Below, piece by piece: positions 26,568 through 35,588 of a DNA stretch of 64,000 nt (within the stretch, counting starts at the first letter, position 1; every line of letters begins with the position of its first letter). A model generated the notes under the pieces. That model searched no databases, had not been told where the DNA came from, and was given only the letters and a program-made list of their open reading frames with translations. The position numbers were made by a program, and so were the translations under genes. This DNA comes from Candidatus Babeliales bacterium (GTDB taxonomy: Bacteria > Babelota > Babeliae > Babelales > JANWKD01): contig CAVXJH010000006.1 in NCBI GenBank assembly GCA_963762115.1, forward strand, positions 384,001 to 448,000, given 5' to 3'.

Positions 26568-29018
26568 ATGGAAAAACAGTACGATCATCATCTTCATGAG
26601 AAAAAAGCTCAACAGTTGTGGCTTGAGCATCACACCTATGCAGCCAAGAATAATCCTGGGCAATTGTATAGTATTGATACGCCGCCGCCAACTGTCTCAG
26701 GCTCTTTGCATATTGGTCACATTTTTTCCTATACGCATACTGATATCATGGCGCGTTATAAACGTATGAGTGGTTATTCAGTATTTTATCCTTTTGGTTT
26801 TGATGATAATGGATTGCCAACAGAACGTTTTGTTGAAAAGAAGCTTGATATTCAAGCGCATAGTATGAAACGTTCCGATTTTATTGCTACTTGTTTACAA
26901 GAAACCGTTGCGGTAGAACAAACATTTAAAGAACTATGGCAGCGTATGGGGTTATCAGTTGATTGGAACTTAGATTATTCAACGATATCAAAAGAAGCCC
27001 GTAAAATTTCTCAAGAATCGTTTATTTTATTGTATAAAAAAAGGTTTGTGTATAGAAAATATGAACCTGCTTTGTATTGTACGATGTGTAGAACTTCAGT
27101 TGCACAAGCAGACCTTGATGATGTGGAAAAACCATCTTTTTTTAATGATATTCTATTTAAACTTGCTGATGGAACATTGTTAACCATTGGCACAACGCGG
27201 CCGGAATTACTTTCTTCATGTGTTGCACTTTTTTATAATCCTGCCGATGATCGTTATAAACATTTGGCTGGTAAAGAAGCATTCGTTCCTCTTTATAATA
27301 ATGCGGTGCCAATTTTGCCAGATGATCAAGTGGTGATTGAAAAAGGCACGGGCCTTGTGATGTGCTGTACCTTTGGTGATAAAACTGATATTTATTGGTT
27401 CAAAAAACATAATTTACCGTATCGTCAATCAATTGGCATTGACGGTAAATGGGTTGCAAGTACCGGCATTTTAGCAGGACTTTCAGCGCATAAAGCACGT
27501 GAAACAATTTTGCAAGCACTTAAAGAGCAAGAATTATTAGTTGCACAAAAACCAATTATGCATACCGTTAATGTGCATGAACGGTGTAAAAGAGAAATTG
27601 AATATGTTGCTTTATCACAATGGTTTTTGAATATTCTTTCGTATAAAAAAGAATTAGTAGCCTTAGCTGATTCTATTAATTGGTTCCCTGCTTTTATGAA
27701 AACACGGTATACCAATTGGGTTGAATCGTTGGGGTGGGATTGGTGCCTTTCGCGACAACGTTTTTATGGCATTCCGTTTCCCGTGTGGCATTGCCAAAAT
27801 GGTCATATTCTTCTTGCTGATATTCAACAGTTGCCCATTGATCCACAAGAAACAAATTTTGTTGGTAGTTGTCCAGAATGTGAAAGTAAGGTGATTACTC
27901 CTGATACTGACGTTATGGATACCTGGAACACATCATCATTAACGCCACAAATTTGTTATTCACTTTTTGATAAAGCTTCATCGCCTTTTGATGCACAAGC
28001 AACAAAAGAATTTATACCGATGAGTATGCGGCCCCAAGCGCATGATATTATTCGTACGTGGGCTTTTTATACGATTATCAAATCATGGATGCACTTTGGA
28101 ACAATTCCATGGCGCGATATTGTCATTTCTGGTCATGTTTTGACTGATACTAAAGAAAAAATTTCAAAATCAAAAGATAATAATAAAGTTGCGCCGGAAA
28201 ATTTATTGCAACAATATCCTGCTGATGTTATTCGGTATTGGACCGCATCGGGTCAATTAGGTCATGATGTAGCATTCTCAGAAAATCAGCTGAAAATTGG
28301 GCAACGCTTAGTGACAAAATTATGGAATGCATTCCGGTTTATGTATGAACATATTCCTGCATTTGAACCTGAACGACCAAAAAATCTTGGTGTGGTGAAT
28401 GAGTGGATTTTGCATCAAAATAATGTATGTTTTGAAAAATTTAGTAACTATTTGAATGAATATGAATTAAGTATAGCGCTTGATGCCGTTGAACATTTTT
28501 TTTGGCATGATTTTTGCGATAATTATATTGAACTGGTTAAAAATCAAATTTTCAATCCGCAAGAATATACTCCTGAAACACTTGAGGGAACCCGTTGGAC
28601 ATTATACAAAGTGGGATTGCGTCTTTTGCAATTATATGCGCCTTATTTACCCCATGTGACAGAAACTTTATATCAAATGGTGTATCAGCGAGATGAAAAG
28701 TTCTTATCATTGCATCAAACTCGCTTTGATCATATTCATTATTCGTTTGAAAACAGTGCGCGCATTATGCAGCATTGCATTGCCTTAATAACGCAAGTTC
28801 GTGCAATCAAAACAAAGCAACAATTATCACTTAAAGTTGAATTGCAACTCTTGGAAATCATTTGTTCAGATCAAGCAGTGCTTGATGATCTTATGAGTAT
28901 TGAGCAGATGGTGAAAGGGGTTACACAAGCAAAAGTTATTGTGTATTCACCAAGCGGTGCGCAAGAATCGAGTTTGTTGCAAGAAAATGATTTGTGGCAA
29001 GCAAAAATTGTGCTTTAA
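26568..29018 (+). CDS. valS: Valine--tRNA ligase (type 2, archaeal-like subfamily)
   Basis: DTPPPTVSGSLHIGH, GFDDNGLPTER, DWCLSRQR, RPQAHDIIRTW, KISKS. Confidence 0.96.
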   Translation: MEKQYDHHLHEKKAQQLWLEHHTYAAKNNPGQLYSIDTPPPTVSGSLHIGHIFSYTHTDIMARYKRMSGYSVFYPFGFDDNGLPTERFVEKKLDIQAHSMKRSDFIATCLQETVAVEQTFKELWQRMGLSVDWNLDYSTISKEARKISQESFILLYKKRFVYRKYEPALYCTMCRTSVAQADLDDVEKPSFFNDILFKLADGTLLTIGTTRPELLSSCVALFYNPADDRYKHLAGKEAFVPLYNNAVPILPDDQVVIEKGTGLVMCCTFGDKTDIYWFKKHNLPYRQSIGIDGKWVASTGILAGLSAHKARETILQALKEQELLVAQKPIMHTVNVHERCKREIEYVALSQWFLNILSYKKELVALADSINWFPAFMKTRYTNWVESLGWDWCLSRQRFYGIPFPVWHCQNGHILLADIQQLPIDPQETNFVGSCPECESKVITPDTDVMDTWNTSSLTPQICYSLFDKASSPFDAQATKEFIPMSMRPQAHDIIRTWAFYTIIKSWMHFGTIPWRDIVISGHVLTDTKEKISKSKDNNKVAPENLLQQYPADVIRYWTASGQLGHDVAFSENQLKIGQRLVTKLWNAFRFMYEHIPAFEPERPKNLGVVNEWILHQNNVCFEKFSNYLNEYELSIALDAVEHFFWHDFCDNYIELVKNQIFNPQEYTPETLEGTRWTLYKVGLRLLQLYAPYLPHVTETLYQMVYQRDEKFLSLHQTRFDHIHYSFENSARIMQHCIALITQVRAIKTKQQLSLKVELQLLEIICSDQAVLDDLMSIEQMVKGVTQAKVIVYSPSGAQESSLLQENDLWQAKIVL

Positions 29019-29028
29019 AGTAAGAAAA

Positions 29029-29394
29029 TTACTGAAAAATACATTTTTTTTTAGTTGGTGCAGGCACAGGTTCAGGTTCTTGAGCTTGAATTGCATCTAA
29101 AAAGAATTTTAATCCTATCTCCTGGTTGGTAATAGTATTATTTGATAGAAATACTATATTCGAACTTGCATAAAATTCTGCTTTGGTACATTCGTTGAGC
29201 CTATAAATTGCCTTACCATTTTCAGCAAGAAGAGCTTGGTTCATAGCAAAATGTACTTCGGTGGTTTTTCCAATCCATGGAAAAAAAAGATCTTCAAGTT
29301 CTTCTTGGCTAAGATGCATGCAATAACTAAATTGTATACTTAAAAAAAATATGATTTTGGTTACTTTTAAACTATTTTTTAAAAAGAAAATCAT
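29029..29394 (-). CDS. Small secreted orphan (SYC-MH motif) ending in polybasic plus CaaX (KKKCIFQ)
   Basis: Signal peptide; terminal PEPVPAPTKKKCIFQ*. Confidence 0.65.
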   Translation of the reverse strand: MIFFLKNSLKVTKIIFFLSIQFSYCMHLSQEELEDLFFPWIGKTTEVHFAMNQALLAENGKAIYRLNECTKAEFYASSNIVFLSNNTITNQEIGLKFFLDAIQAQEPEPVPAPTKKKCIFQ

Positions 29395-29471
29395 TATAAA
29401 AAAGTCCCTTGTTTTTATATTGTTTGTGATTAATTCGTTTAAGGATACTAAAAAACATACAATAAATGCAA

Positions 29472-29680
29472 TTAAGATTGTTTTTTTATGGTTTTTATAA
29501 ATTCACCAGAAGCAATTGTTTCAAGGCCATAAGCAGATTTATTTTGTTTTTCTTCTTTTGAAGCTTCAAATATTTGTGTCCATTGAGGAGGTTCTTCCAT
29601 TGCATCACATGAAAGATTGAGACAGAAAAAAACAATACTATAATTGAGCTCCAATGCGTATTGAAGAGAGCATTTTCCAT
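29472..29680 (-). pseudogene. Short secreted orphan (CDA-ME motif), probably frameshifted in a T7 tract
   Basis: RBS-preceded ATG at 29680 gives MENALFNTHWSSIIVLFF; the CLNLSCDA-MEEPP part is in another frame past the 7-nt homopolymer at 29626-29632. Confidence 0.45.
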
Positions 29681-29861
29681 AATAAATAATCTCCCCCATT
29701 ATCTTTGCGTTAGATAAAAAGAAAAAAATTTTTTATGATCTATTTTTTTAAAAAATGGAGAAGGAGGAATGCCTTGAGGCGTTTCTTTTTTTGTGTTAAG
29801 TTACCAATATAAACTTTATTAAAATATTTTATTATGCTCAGCAAAACACGAAAGATTGATT

Positions 29862-30698
29862 ATGTTTTATTTTGCACCATTTTTACTGGTGTTATTATTT
29901 TCTTGTGCGATGCCCACAATAAGTCATGCTATGGAAGAGGATGATGTGAGCCATGAACAAGGAGAAGATGAAGTGCTAGAAGTAATGAATCAGCTTAATG
30001 TACATAAACTTGCGAGCACTTATTTGCACATTCTCGAACAACTTCCCTATGCAAAGTTAAAAACGATTGATGCTAGTTTGGTAATGGAATATCAAGATTA
30101 TGATGTTGCAATGAAATTCTTAGTTATGCGAGATAAAAAAAGAAATGCACAGTATGAGAAATGTGTAGAAAAAATTATTTCCAAGAATCGACCTGTTAAT
30201 AGATTATATGAAAAGTTGGATCATAATACGCCATTAGTTGCTTCATTTTATACAGGGTCGAAGGCATTGGAATTTATCGGCAAATGTATAGAGAGAGGCG
30301 CAGATGTCAATTATGCACATAGACAAACCTCTTGGTCTCCTTTGATGATCGCCGTTGAAATGCTTCCTGGGGCGGTAGAGCCATTATTATTGGCAAAAGC
30401 AGATCCTAATAAGAGGTCTGGTTGGTGTAACGAAGGCCATAATACATCATTAATGTTGGCAACTGGATTTAATAAACCTGAAGTTGCTGAAATCTTAATT
30501 AAACATGGAGCTACAGTAAATTTTAGAGATGAGAATAATTATAGTGCATTAACATGTGCAATAGATAATGAGAATGTGGAAATGGTTGATTTTTTGTTGC
30601 AAAAAGGTGCTTCAGTAATGCCTACTGAAATAGCTGGTGTTCATGCAATAGAAAATGAGAAAAAAAAGTTGGAAGTTTTTGAGATATTATCGAAATAA
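29862..30698 (+). CDS. Secreted ankyrin-repeat protein (SHA-ME motif)
   Basis: Signal peptide; about 4 ankyrin repeats (RGADVN, SPLMIA, HGATVN, FLLQKGA). Confidence 0.88.
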   Translation: MFYFAPFLLVLLFSCAMPTISHAMEEDDVSHEQGEDEVLEVMNQLNVHKLASTYLHILEQLPYAKLKTIDASLVMEYQDYDVAMKFLVMRDKKRNAQYEKCVEKIISKNRPVNRLYEKLDHNTPLVASFYTGSKALEFIGKCIERGADVNYAHRQTSWSPLMIAVEMLPGAVEPLLLAKADPNKRSGWCNEGHNTSLMLATGFNKPEVAEILIKHGATVNFRDENNYSALTCAIDNENVEMVDFLLQKGASVMPTEIAGVHAIENEKKKLEVFEILSK

Positions 30699-30730
30699 GC
30701 GTTAATAAGGTGGTATGAATTTGGGCGGCG

Positions 30731-30781
30731 ATTAAGATTGTTTTTTTAATTGTTGCATAAATTTACCAGAAGTAATTGTTT
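30731..30781. repeat. 51-bp imperfect direct repeat of 29471-29521
   Basis: 43/51 identical; both copies encode a ...KKQS* C-terminus on the minus strand. Confidence 0.7.
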
Positions 30782-30788
30782 TGTAATT

Positions 30789-30841
30789 AAAAAGTTCCTT
30801 GTAAAATCTAAATCTAATTTAGATTTTACAAGGAACTTTTT
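30789..30841. terminator. Perfect 25-bp inverted repeat, probable bidirectional terminator
   Basis: AAAAAGTTCCTTGTAAAATCTAAAT-CTA-ATTTAGATTTTACAAGGAACTTTTT. Confidence 0.75.
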
Positions 30842-30881
30842 CTTTTTTCAGAGTTAGGATTCATAAAAAACTTGCAATCAT

Positions 30882-31328
30882 TTACTTTTTTTCTTCAATT
30901 ATAAATTGAGCAACATTAGATGGAACGGTTGGTTTTATATTTACTTGATAATCTTTTTCTTTGGGGTTATTTATAATTGGGCTGGGGGAAATGAATTCTT
31001 GATGTGCTTTAAAAACTCCGAACACCATCAATGAGTTGTTTTCTGCATCAATTCCATAATCACCTACTTCAAAAAGCCGTGTTTTAGGATCATTTGAGTT
31101 TGATTTTGCTTCAATGAGTATTCCAATTTGATCAGCGCCGGTAAGAGTCTTATTAAATACTGAGGGAGAATCATAACCCGCAAAGCTTGCTCGTACCATT
31201 ATTGGATAGTCAGTTGTATTAATAATTTTATTTTTTTTGAACCAAGTAGGCAGAGTAAAAGTGGTTGTTGCAGGTATTATATCGAAAGTGGCTAATGACA
31301 GTAATGTAATAAAAAATAATTTTTTCAT
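30882..31328 (-). CDS. Secreted hypothetical protein
   Basis: GGGGA RBS; signal peptide MKKLFFITLLSLATFDIIP. Confidence 0.65.
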   Translation of the reverse strand: MKKLFFITLLSLATFDIIPATTTFTLPTWFKKNKIINTTDYPIMVRASFAGYDSPSVFNKTLTGADQIGILIEAKSNSNDPKTRLFEVGDYGIDAENNSLMVFGVFKAHQEFISPSPIINNPKEKDYQVNIKPTVPSNVAQFIIEEKK

Positions 31329-31473
31329 AATATCCCCTTTTTATTTCTTGATTAAACAGTATGTATAATTTTTAAATATGTAATAATTGTAATAAAATGT
31401 AGATATAAAAATCAATGGATATTATAGGATTTTTTCTCTATAATTCAGTATTTTTTTGCTGTTTTATAGCGCA

Positions 31474-31518
31474 TTGTCCTTGTAAATCTTGAATTGGATT
31501 TAGATTTTACAAGGACAA
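31474..31518. repeat. Second copy of the TCCTTGTAAA...TTTACAAGGA palindrome
   Basis: TTGTCCTTGTAAATCT...ATTTAGATTTTACAAGGACAA shares an 18-nt exact arm with 30817-30834. Confidence 0.7.
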
Positions 31519-31628
31519 ATGAGTAAATAATGGTATTTTTGACTTATCGGTGATTACATCTAATGATTAGAACTATAAAATTTTTACCCTGAAATTGCGT
31601 GAAGCACTGTTTTGATTGAAAGGAAAAA

Positions 31629-32234
31629 ATGCTTACTTCTGTTGCGATTACTGTTTTATTAGGTCTTCAACTTACTCCAGATTTAGCTGAAAAGTTATTG
31701 CCGACGTGGCTTGATGCTCTTAAAGAATATCCAGTATTAGCTCAAGGATCTATTGAAGGAGGAAGAGGTTATCTTGCTACTTTTGCCAAAGAAGAACACG
31801 GAGCAGTTATTCTTGCAGAGGCTGGTGCCAAAAATTTAGCAGGATTTGTTGTAGGAATTCCATTTGCAAAATATCAATTTGCTGACATGAGTTTATTTCA
31901 GGAATCGGAATATTATTATTTGAGTGATGCTATTGTTTCGCCACATTATAGAAAGCAAGGTATTGTAAAAAAACTGATAAAAAAATTAGAAGAGCATGCG
32001 CAATTATGCGGCTATAAGGGCGTGTATCTTGCGACTGTTGTTCGAGAAAAAGATCATCCGCTCAAGCCATCAGATTATAAAGATAAAAATCCCAAAAAAA
32101 TTTGGAAAAAATTAGGATTCAAAAGGACTAAGCTGGCTGTTATTGAACGATATCCTACTATCATTGATAGTGAAGGAAGAGTTGAAGAGCGTGAAAATCA
32201 GTTATCGCTTTGGGTTAAAGAGTTTAAATCATAA
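31629..32234 (+). CDS. GNAT-family N-acetyltransferase
   Basis: VSPHYRKQGI acetyl-CoA motif, WKKLGF. Confidence 0.85.
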   Translation: MLTSVAITVLLGLQLTPDLAEKLLPTWLDALKEYPVLAQGSIEGGRGYLATFAKEEHGAVILAEAGAKNLAGFVVGIPFAKYQFADMSLFQESEYYYLSDAIVSPHYRKQGIVKKLIKKLEEHAQLCGYKGVYLATVVREKDHPLKPSDYKDKNPKKIWKKLGFKRTKLAVIERYPTIIDSEGRVEERENQLSLWVKEFKS

Positions 32235-32241
32235 AAAATAA

Positions 32242-33477
32242 TTATTTTTTCCATAAAAAACTTATTGGTAGTGCATAGAGATCTTTGCCAAAAGGAACTA
32301 CTTGAGAACCATTATAAAGCACAATGCCTTTCATAAATGATTCGCCTGTTTCTGCTTGAAGGTATTGTAATCCTTTGAAATCATGTGCCGTGACCGTTTC
32401 GCTATTTTTTATTTCTATACCAACAAGTGCACCCGCTTGATTTTCAAGAATAATATCGACTTCTATGCCCGTTACCGTTCTGAAATGATACAGTTTAATG
32501 CGCATGCTGTTCCACGTTAACTGTTTTTGCAGTTCATTAAAAATAAAGTTTTCAAGAATGCTACCAATAAAACGATAATCGCTTATGGCTTTATCAATAC
32601 GCAAGTCTAATAAAAAAGACAGAAGGCCGGTATCAACTAAATATGTTTTTGGTGATTTGGTTAATCGTTTCCCAACGTTGGTGTGCCAAGGTGGTTGAAA
32701 TACAACAAGAAAAACTGTTTCAAGAAGGGTGATATAACGATGCAATGTTGTTGATGATATTCCTGTTGATCTGCCCAGTTCTGCTACATTAATTAAATTA
32801 CCGACCCGTGTTGCAAGAAGTTTTAAGAGATGAGGTAATTCAGATAATCCTGAAATATTGGCTAAATCTTGAACATCTCGTTGTAAGATTGTCGTGATAT
32901 AGGAATTGAACCATGCCTCACGCCCTTCATCATTCATGTTTTGTACTAATGGATAACCGCCTTGAATTATTTTGTGGTAGAGATCTGTTTTGGTTAGTGC
33001 GTTTTTTGTAAGAGGGTAAATATGATTTTTATCAAATGCGGTATCAATAAAACTTTCTTGTAGGCCTAATAGTTCACCTTGTGAGAGTGGTAATAATTCA
33101 AGAATTTCCATGCGACCTGCTAATGAATCACCCAGGCGAGGAATGAGTAAAGGATTGGCCGAACCGGTTAAAATGAAACGACCTAGCTCGCGATTTTCGT
33201 CGACATCATGTTTGATTGCCAAAAAGATTTCAGGAACTCTTTGCACCTCATCAAGAATGACGGGTTTTTCAAGACCTTGTATAAAGCCAATGGGATCATT
33301 TTTGGCCGCTGAGAGAAAACGCAAATCATCAAAGGTGACATAAGAATAATTTTTATTTTTGCCAATATGCTTTATTAGGGTTGTTTTGCCTGTTTGCCGA
33401 GCGCCGGTGAGCAAAATTACTGGGCTTCTTAAAACTGCTTTTTCTAATTTTGAGGTAATATTTCGTTTAAAATACAT
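32242..33477 (-). CDS. AAA+ ATPase (AAA_14) with DUF4143 (wHTH plus PD-(D/E)xK-like C-terminus)
   Basis: GARQTGKT, ILDEVQ, ILTGS, SLAGR, GGYP, KSPKTYLVDTGL, EVDII..GIEIK. Confidence 0.92.
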   Translation of the reverse strand: MYFKRNITSKLEKAVLRSPVILLTGARQTGKTTLIKHIGKNKNYSYVTFDDLRFLSAAKNDPIGFIQGLEKPVILDEVQRVPEIFLAIKHDVDENRELGRFILTGSANPLLIPRLGDSLAGRMEILELLPLSQGELLGLQESFIDTAFDKNHIYPLTKNALTKTDLYHKIIQGGYPLVQNMNDEGREAWFNSYITTILQRDVQDLANISGLSELPHLLKLLATRVGNLINVAELGRSTGISSTTLHRYITLLETVFLVVFQPPWHTNVGKRLTKSPKTYLVDTGLLSFLLDLRIDKAISDYRFIGSILENFIFNELQKQLTWNSMRIKLYHFRTVTGIEVDIILENQAGALVGIEIKNSETVTAHDFKGLQYLQAETGESFMKGIVLYNGSQVVPFGKDLYALPISFLWKK

Positions 33478-33503
33478 AAAATCCCCCCTGAAAATGTAAA
33501 ATC

Positions 33504-33569
33504 TACCATCTCATGGTAAATATTATACCATTTCGTGGTGGATTTTCTACCATTTCGTGGTGGATTTTA
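33504..33569. promoter_or_regulatory. Three tandem 22-bp dyad repeats over an extended -10 promoter of the AAA+ gene (putative operator array)
   Basis: TACCATCTCATGGTAAATATTA / TACCATTTCGTGGTGGATTTTC / TACCATTTCGTGGTGGATTTTA; minus-strand TGGTATAAT at 33522-33530. Confidence 0.7.
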
Positions 33570-33721
33570 TAAATTTTTCTTTTTTTGGGGGGTAATTAAA
33601 TCCAAGCTCAATTTTAACATTTAGACTTATTTGTTGGCTTTTGAGAAAAGTTTTTTTTTGTATATAATATATAATATGATATTATTTTTAGTCCTATATG
33701 CTTTATTATAAGGAACTTCAT

Positions 33722-34267
33722 ATGAAACATGGAGTATTTTTTTTAGCTTTACTCGTGGTCTCAGGTCTTTTTGGCATGGATGGCAATAAAAAGCTTCCTC
33801 TAGATGTTTTAGCAAAGAATTTTAAGAGTTATCAGGAAGGGCAACTAGCTGAACACCTTAAAGGAAGGGAAAAAGTTGCCAAGCGATTTGCAGAAGATAA
33901 AATTGAAGAAATAGAACAATCAACTTATTTGCCAAAATTATGGGCTTATTCTGGTCTTGCACTTGTAGGAACTGGTCTTAGTGCGTATGGTATTTATCAT
34001 GTAGCAAAAAATGCTATGTGCTTGTTAGCAACTTATACCCTGCAAACAGGCCCCTCTGTAGAAGGCTTTAAACCGTTGTACTATACAGGTTTTGGTATTT
34101 TAGCAGCACTTGGAGCAGTGTCAACTACCATTGGTGGAATTGGCGCTGGAATCGGGTTATATAACATTCCAAAATATCTGCCAGAAGCTTTTGAAAAAAG
34201 AAAGAAGCAGGAAAAAAAACATTATGAGGACTTTAAATCAGAAGTTTCTAAATTACCAAAAGACTAG
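33722..34267 (+). CDS. Secreted/membrane orphan (LFG-MD motif) with Gly-rich TM segments
   Basis: AAGGA RBS; MKHGVFFLALLVVSGLFG-MD. Confidence 0.7.
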   Translation: MKHGVFFLALLVVSGLFGMDGNKKLPLDVLAKNFKSYQEGQLAEHLKGREKVAKRFAEDKIEEIEQSTYLPKLWAYSGLALVGTGLSAYGIYHVAKNAMCLLATYTLQTGPSVEGFKPLYYTGFGILAALGAVSTTIGGIGAGIGLYNIPKYLPEAFEKRKKQEKKHYEDFKSEVSKLPKD

Positions 34268-34355
34268 TTTATATCTAATTAATTTTTTGAATAAAGTTAA
34301 CAACTTTATTGAAGTTCAAGCATAAAAATCAAATGAATTGATACATGTGGTGAAA

Positions 34356-34994
34356 TTAATTCATTTGTAATGTCATAAGCTGGGATTCTCCATAAGGTGT
34401 TGAAAAAATGCCATAGGTGATAAATCCTACTTTTTCATAACAGCGAATTGCGGCATGATTTTCAGGTTCAGGATCAACAATGATCATAGTTGTTTGAGGT
34501 TCTAAGGTTGTTGTAAGAAAAGTAATGAACTCTTTAAGAAAACGAGTGCCATATCCTTTTCCGATGAATTTAGGGTCACCAATAAACTGATCCATACCAA
34601 TGGTAGTTTCAGGTAATTCTTTGGGGAACCAAGAACCGGCTTTTTCAAGAGTGCGATCAATATAATAATATTGAATATAGCCAAGGGGATTATTATTAAG
34701 AAGAACTAAGTAAGGTATGGTATCTTTTGATCGAATTCGTTCTAAAAACTTTTCAAAAAGCTCATTTTTTTCAGGAACGGGCCACCATTCTTTTACGTGA
34801 GGTTCTTGAAACCAGGTATAGAGTAATGATAAATCATCTCTGGTAACTTTTCTAAAAGTAAATATAGATTTTTCTTCTTTCGTGATGAAGATACTTTTAT
34901 GGGAGAAAATTGTATGTGTTAGCAAGAGGCTAATCCATGCAATAATGAATGAACTTTTTTTAAGAGATAAGATTTGATACATAATATATAACAT
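34356..34994 (-). CDS. GNAT acetyltransferase, AAC(6')-Ib/AlcB-like
   Basis: WFQEPHVKEWW, GYIQYY, GMDQFIG..IGKGYGT, VDPEPENHAAIRCYEKVGF; start uncertain. Confidence 0.85.
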   Translation of the reverse strand: MLYIMYQILSLKKSSFIIAWISLLLTHTIFSHKSIFITKEEKSIFTFRKVTRDDLSLLYTWFQEPHVKEWWPVPEKNELFEKFLERIRSKDTIPYLVLLNNNPLGYIQYYYIDRTLEKAGSWFPKELPETTIGMDQFIGDPKFIGKGYGTRFLKEFITFLTTTLEPQTTMIIVDPEPENHAAIRCYEKVGFITYGIFSTPYGESQLMTLQMN

Positions 34995-34996
34995 TA

Positions 34997-35040
34997 TCTC
35001 GTGGTGGATTTTCTACCATTTGGTGGGAGATTTTACAAAT
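34997..35040. repeat. Second copy of the 22-bp operator-like repeat
   Basis: TCGTGGTGGATTTTCTACCATTT (34999-35021) is identical to 33533-33555. Confidence 0.8.
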
Positions 35041-35185
35041 CATCGAGAGAATCCCACTCGTTAATGGTTTTTATGCGGTTGGGATCTTTTTCTGCTTGTG
35101 CATCAGCTTCTTTTAAAATATGGGATTTTTCCTCATTAATTGATGCATTAGTTCCTGTTGAATCAGTATTATTTAATTTTTTCAT
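35033..35185 (-). CDS. 50-aa protein resembling an antitoxin C-terminal tail (below the ORF-track cutoff)
   Basis: AAGGAG RBS; MKKLNNTDST...LKEADAQAEKDPNRIKTINEWDSLDDL*. Confidence 0.45.
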   Translation of the reverse strand: MKKLNNTDSTGTNASINEEKSHILKEADAQAEKDPNRIKTINEWDSLDDL

Positions 35186-35324
35186 GATTTTTTACTCCTT
35201 ATGCTTAAGATATCATATTTTTGGGCAATTTGATTATCGTGTTGAAAAGACATAAAATAATTAATGGCAATAAACTTTACCCACTTTCCCATTTATGCTA
35301 CAATTTAAAATAAGAGGTGTTATT

Positions 35325-35585
35325 ATGAAAAAAGAAACTATATATGTTAAAGTTGACTCACGTAATCGAGTCACCATCCCCAAAGAAATAGCTAAAGATC
35401 TATCCCATCTTTATAAAATATATGAAAAGAGCGGAAAAATTATTCTTGAACCAATTCAGGAAATTCCTCAAGAAGAAAAGTGGCTTTTTGATCCCAAAAA
35501 TAAAGCCATTGTTGATGAACTAAAAGAAGCTCTTAAGCAAAAAGCTGACAGGGTTATTGATTTAGGGATTTTTGAAGAAGAATAA
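35325..35585 (+). CDS. AbrB/MazE/SpoVT-fold antitoxin
   Basis: VKVDSRNRVTIPKEI...GKIILEP; GAGG RBS; extended -10 TGCTACAAT upstream. Confidence 0.8.
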   Translation: MKKETIYVKVDSRNRVTIPKEIAKDLSHLYKIYEKSGKIILEPIQEIPQEEKWLFDPKNKAIVDELKEALKQKADRVIDLGIFEEE

Positions 35586-35588
35586 TGT

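Noticed and set aside
30789..31518. Integron attC sites
   Set aside because: No RYYYAAC...GTTRRRY core boxes and no integrase in the window
33504..33569. CRISPR array
   Set aside because: The units abut with no unique spacers, there are only three, and no cas genes are in the window
34356..34994. Bona fide aminoglycoside resistance gene
   Set aside because: Only fold-level similarity to AAC(6')-Ib; substrate cannot be assigned from sequence and there is no resistance context
35275..35285. CTTTACCCAC match to the IS4 terminal repeat
   Set aside because: Only 10 nt, with no terminal CTA or partner end; more likely part of the TA promoter region
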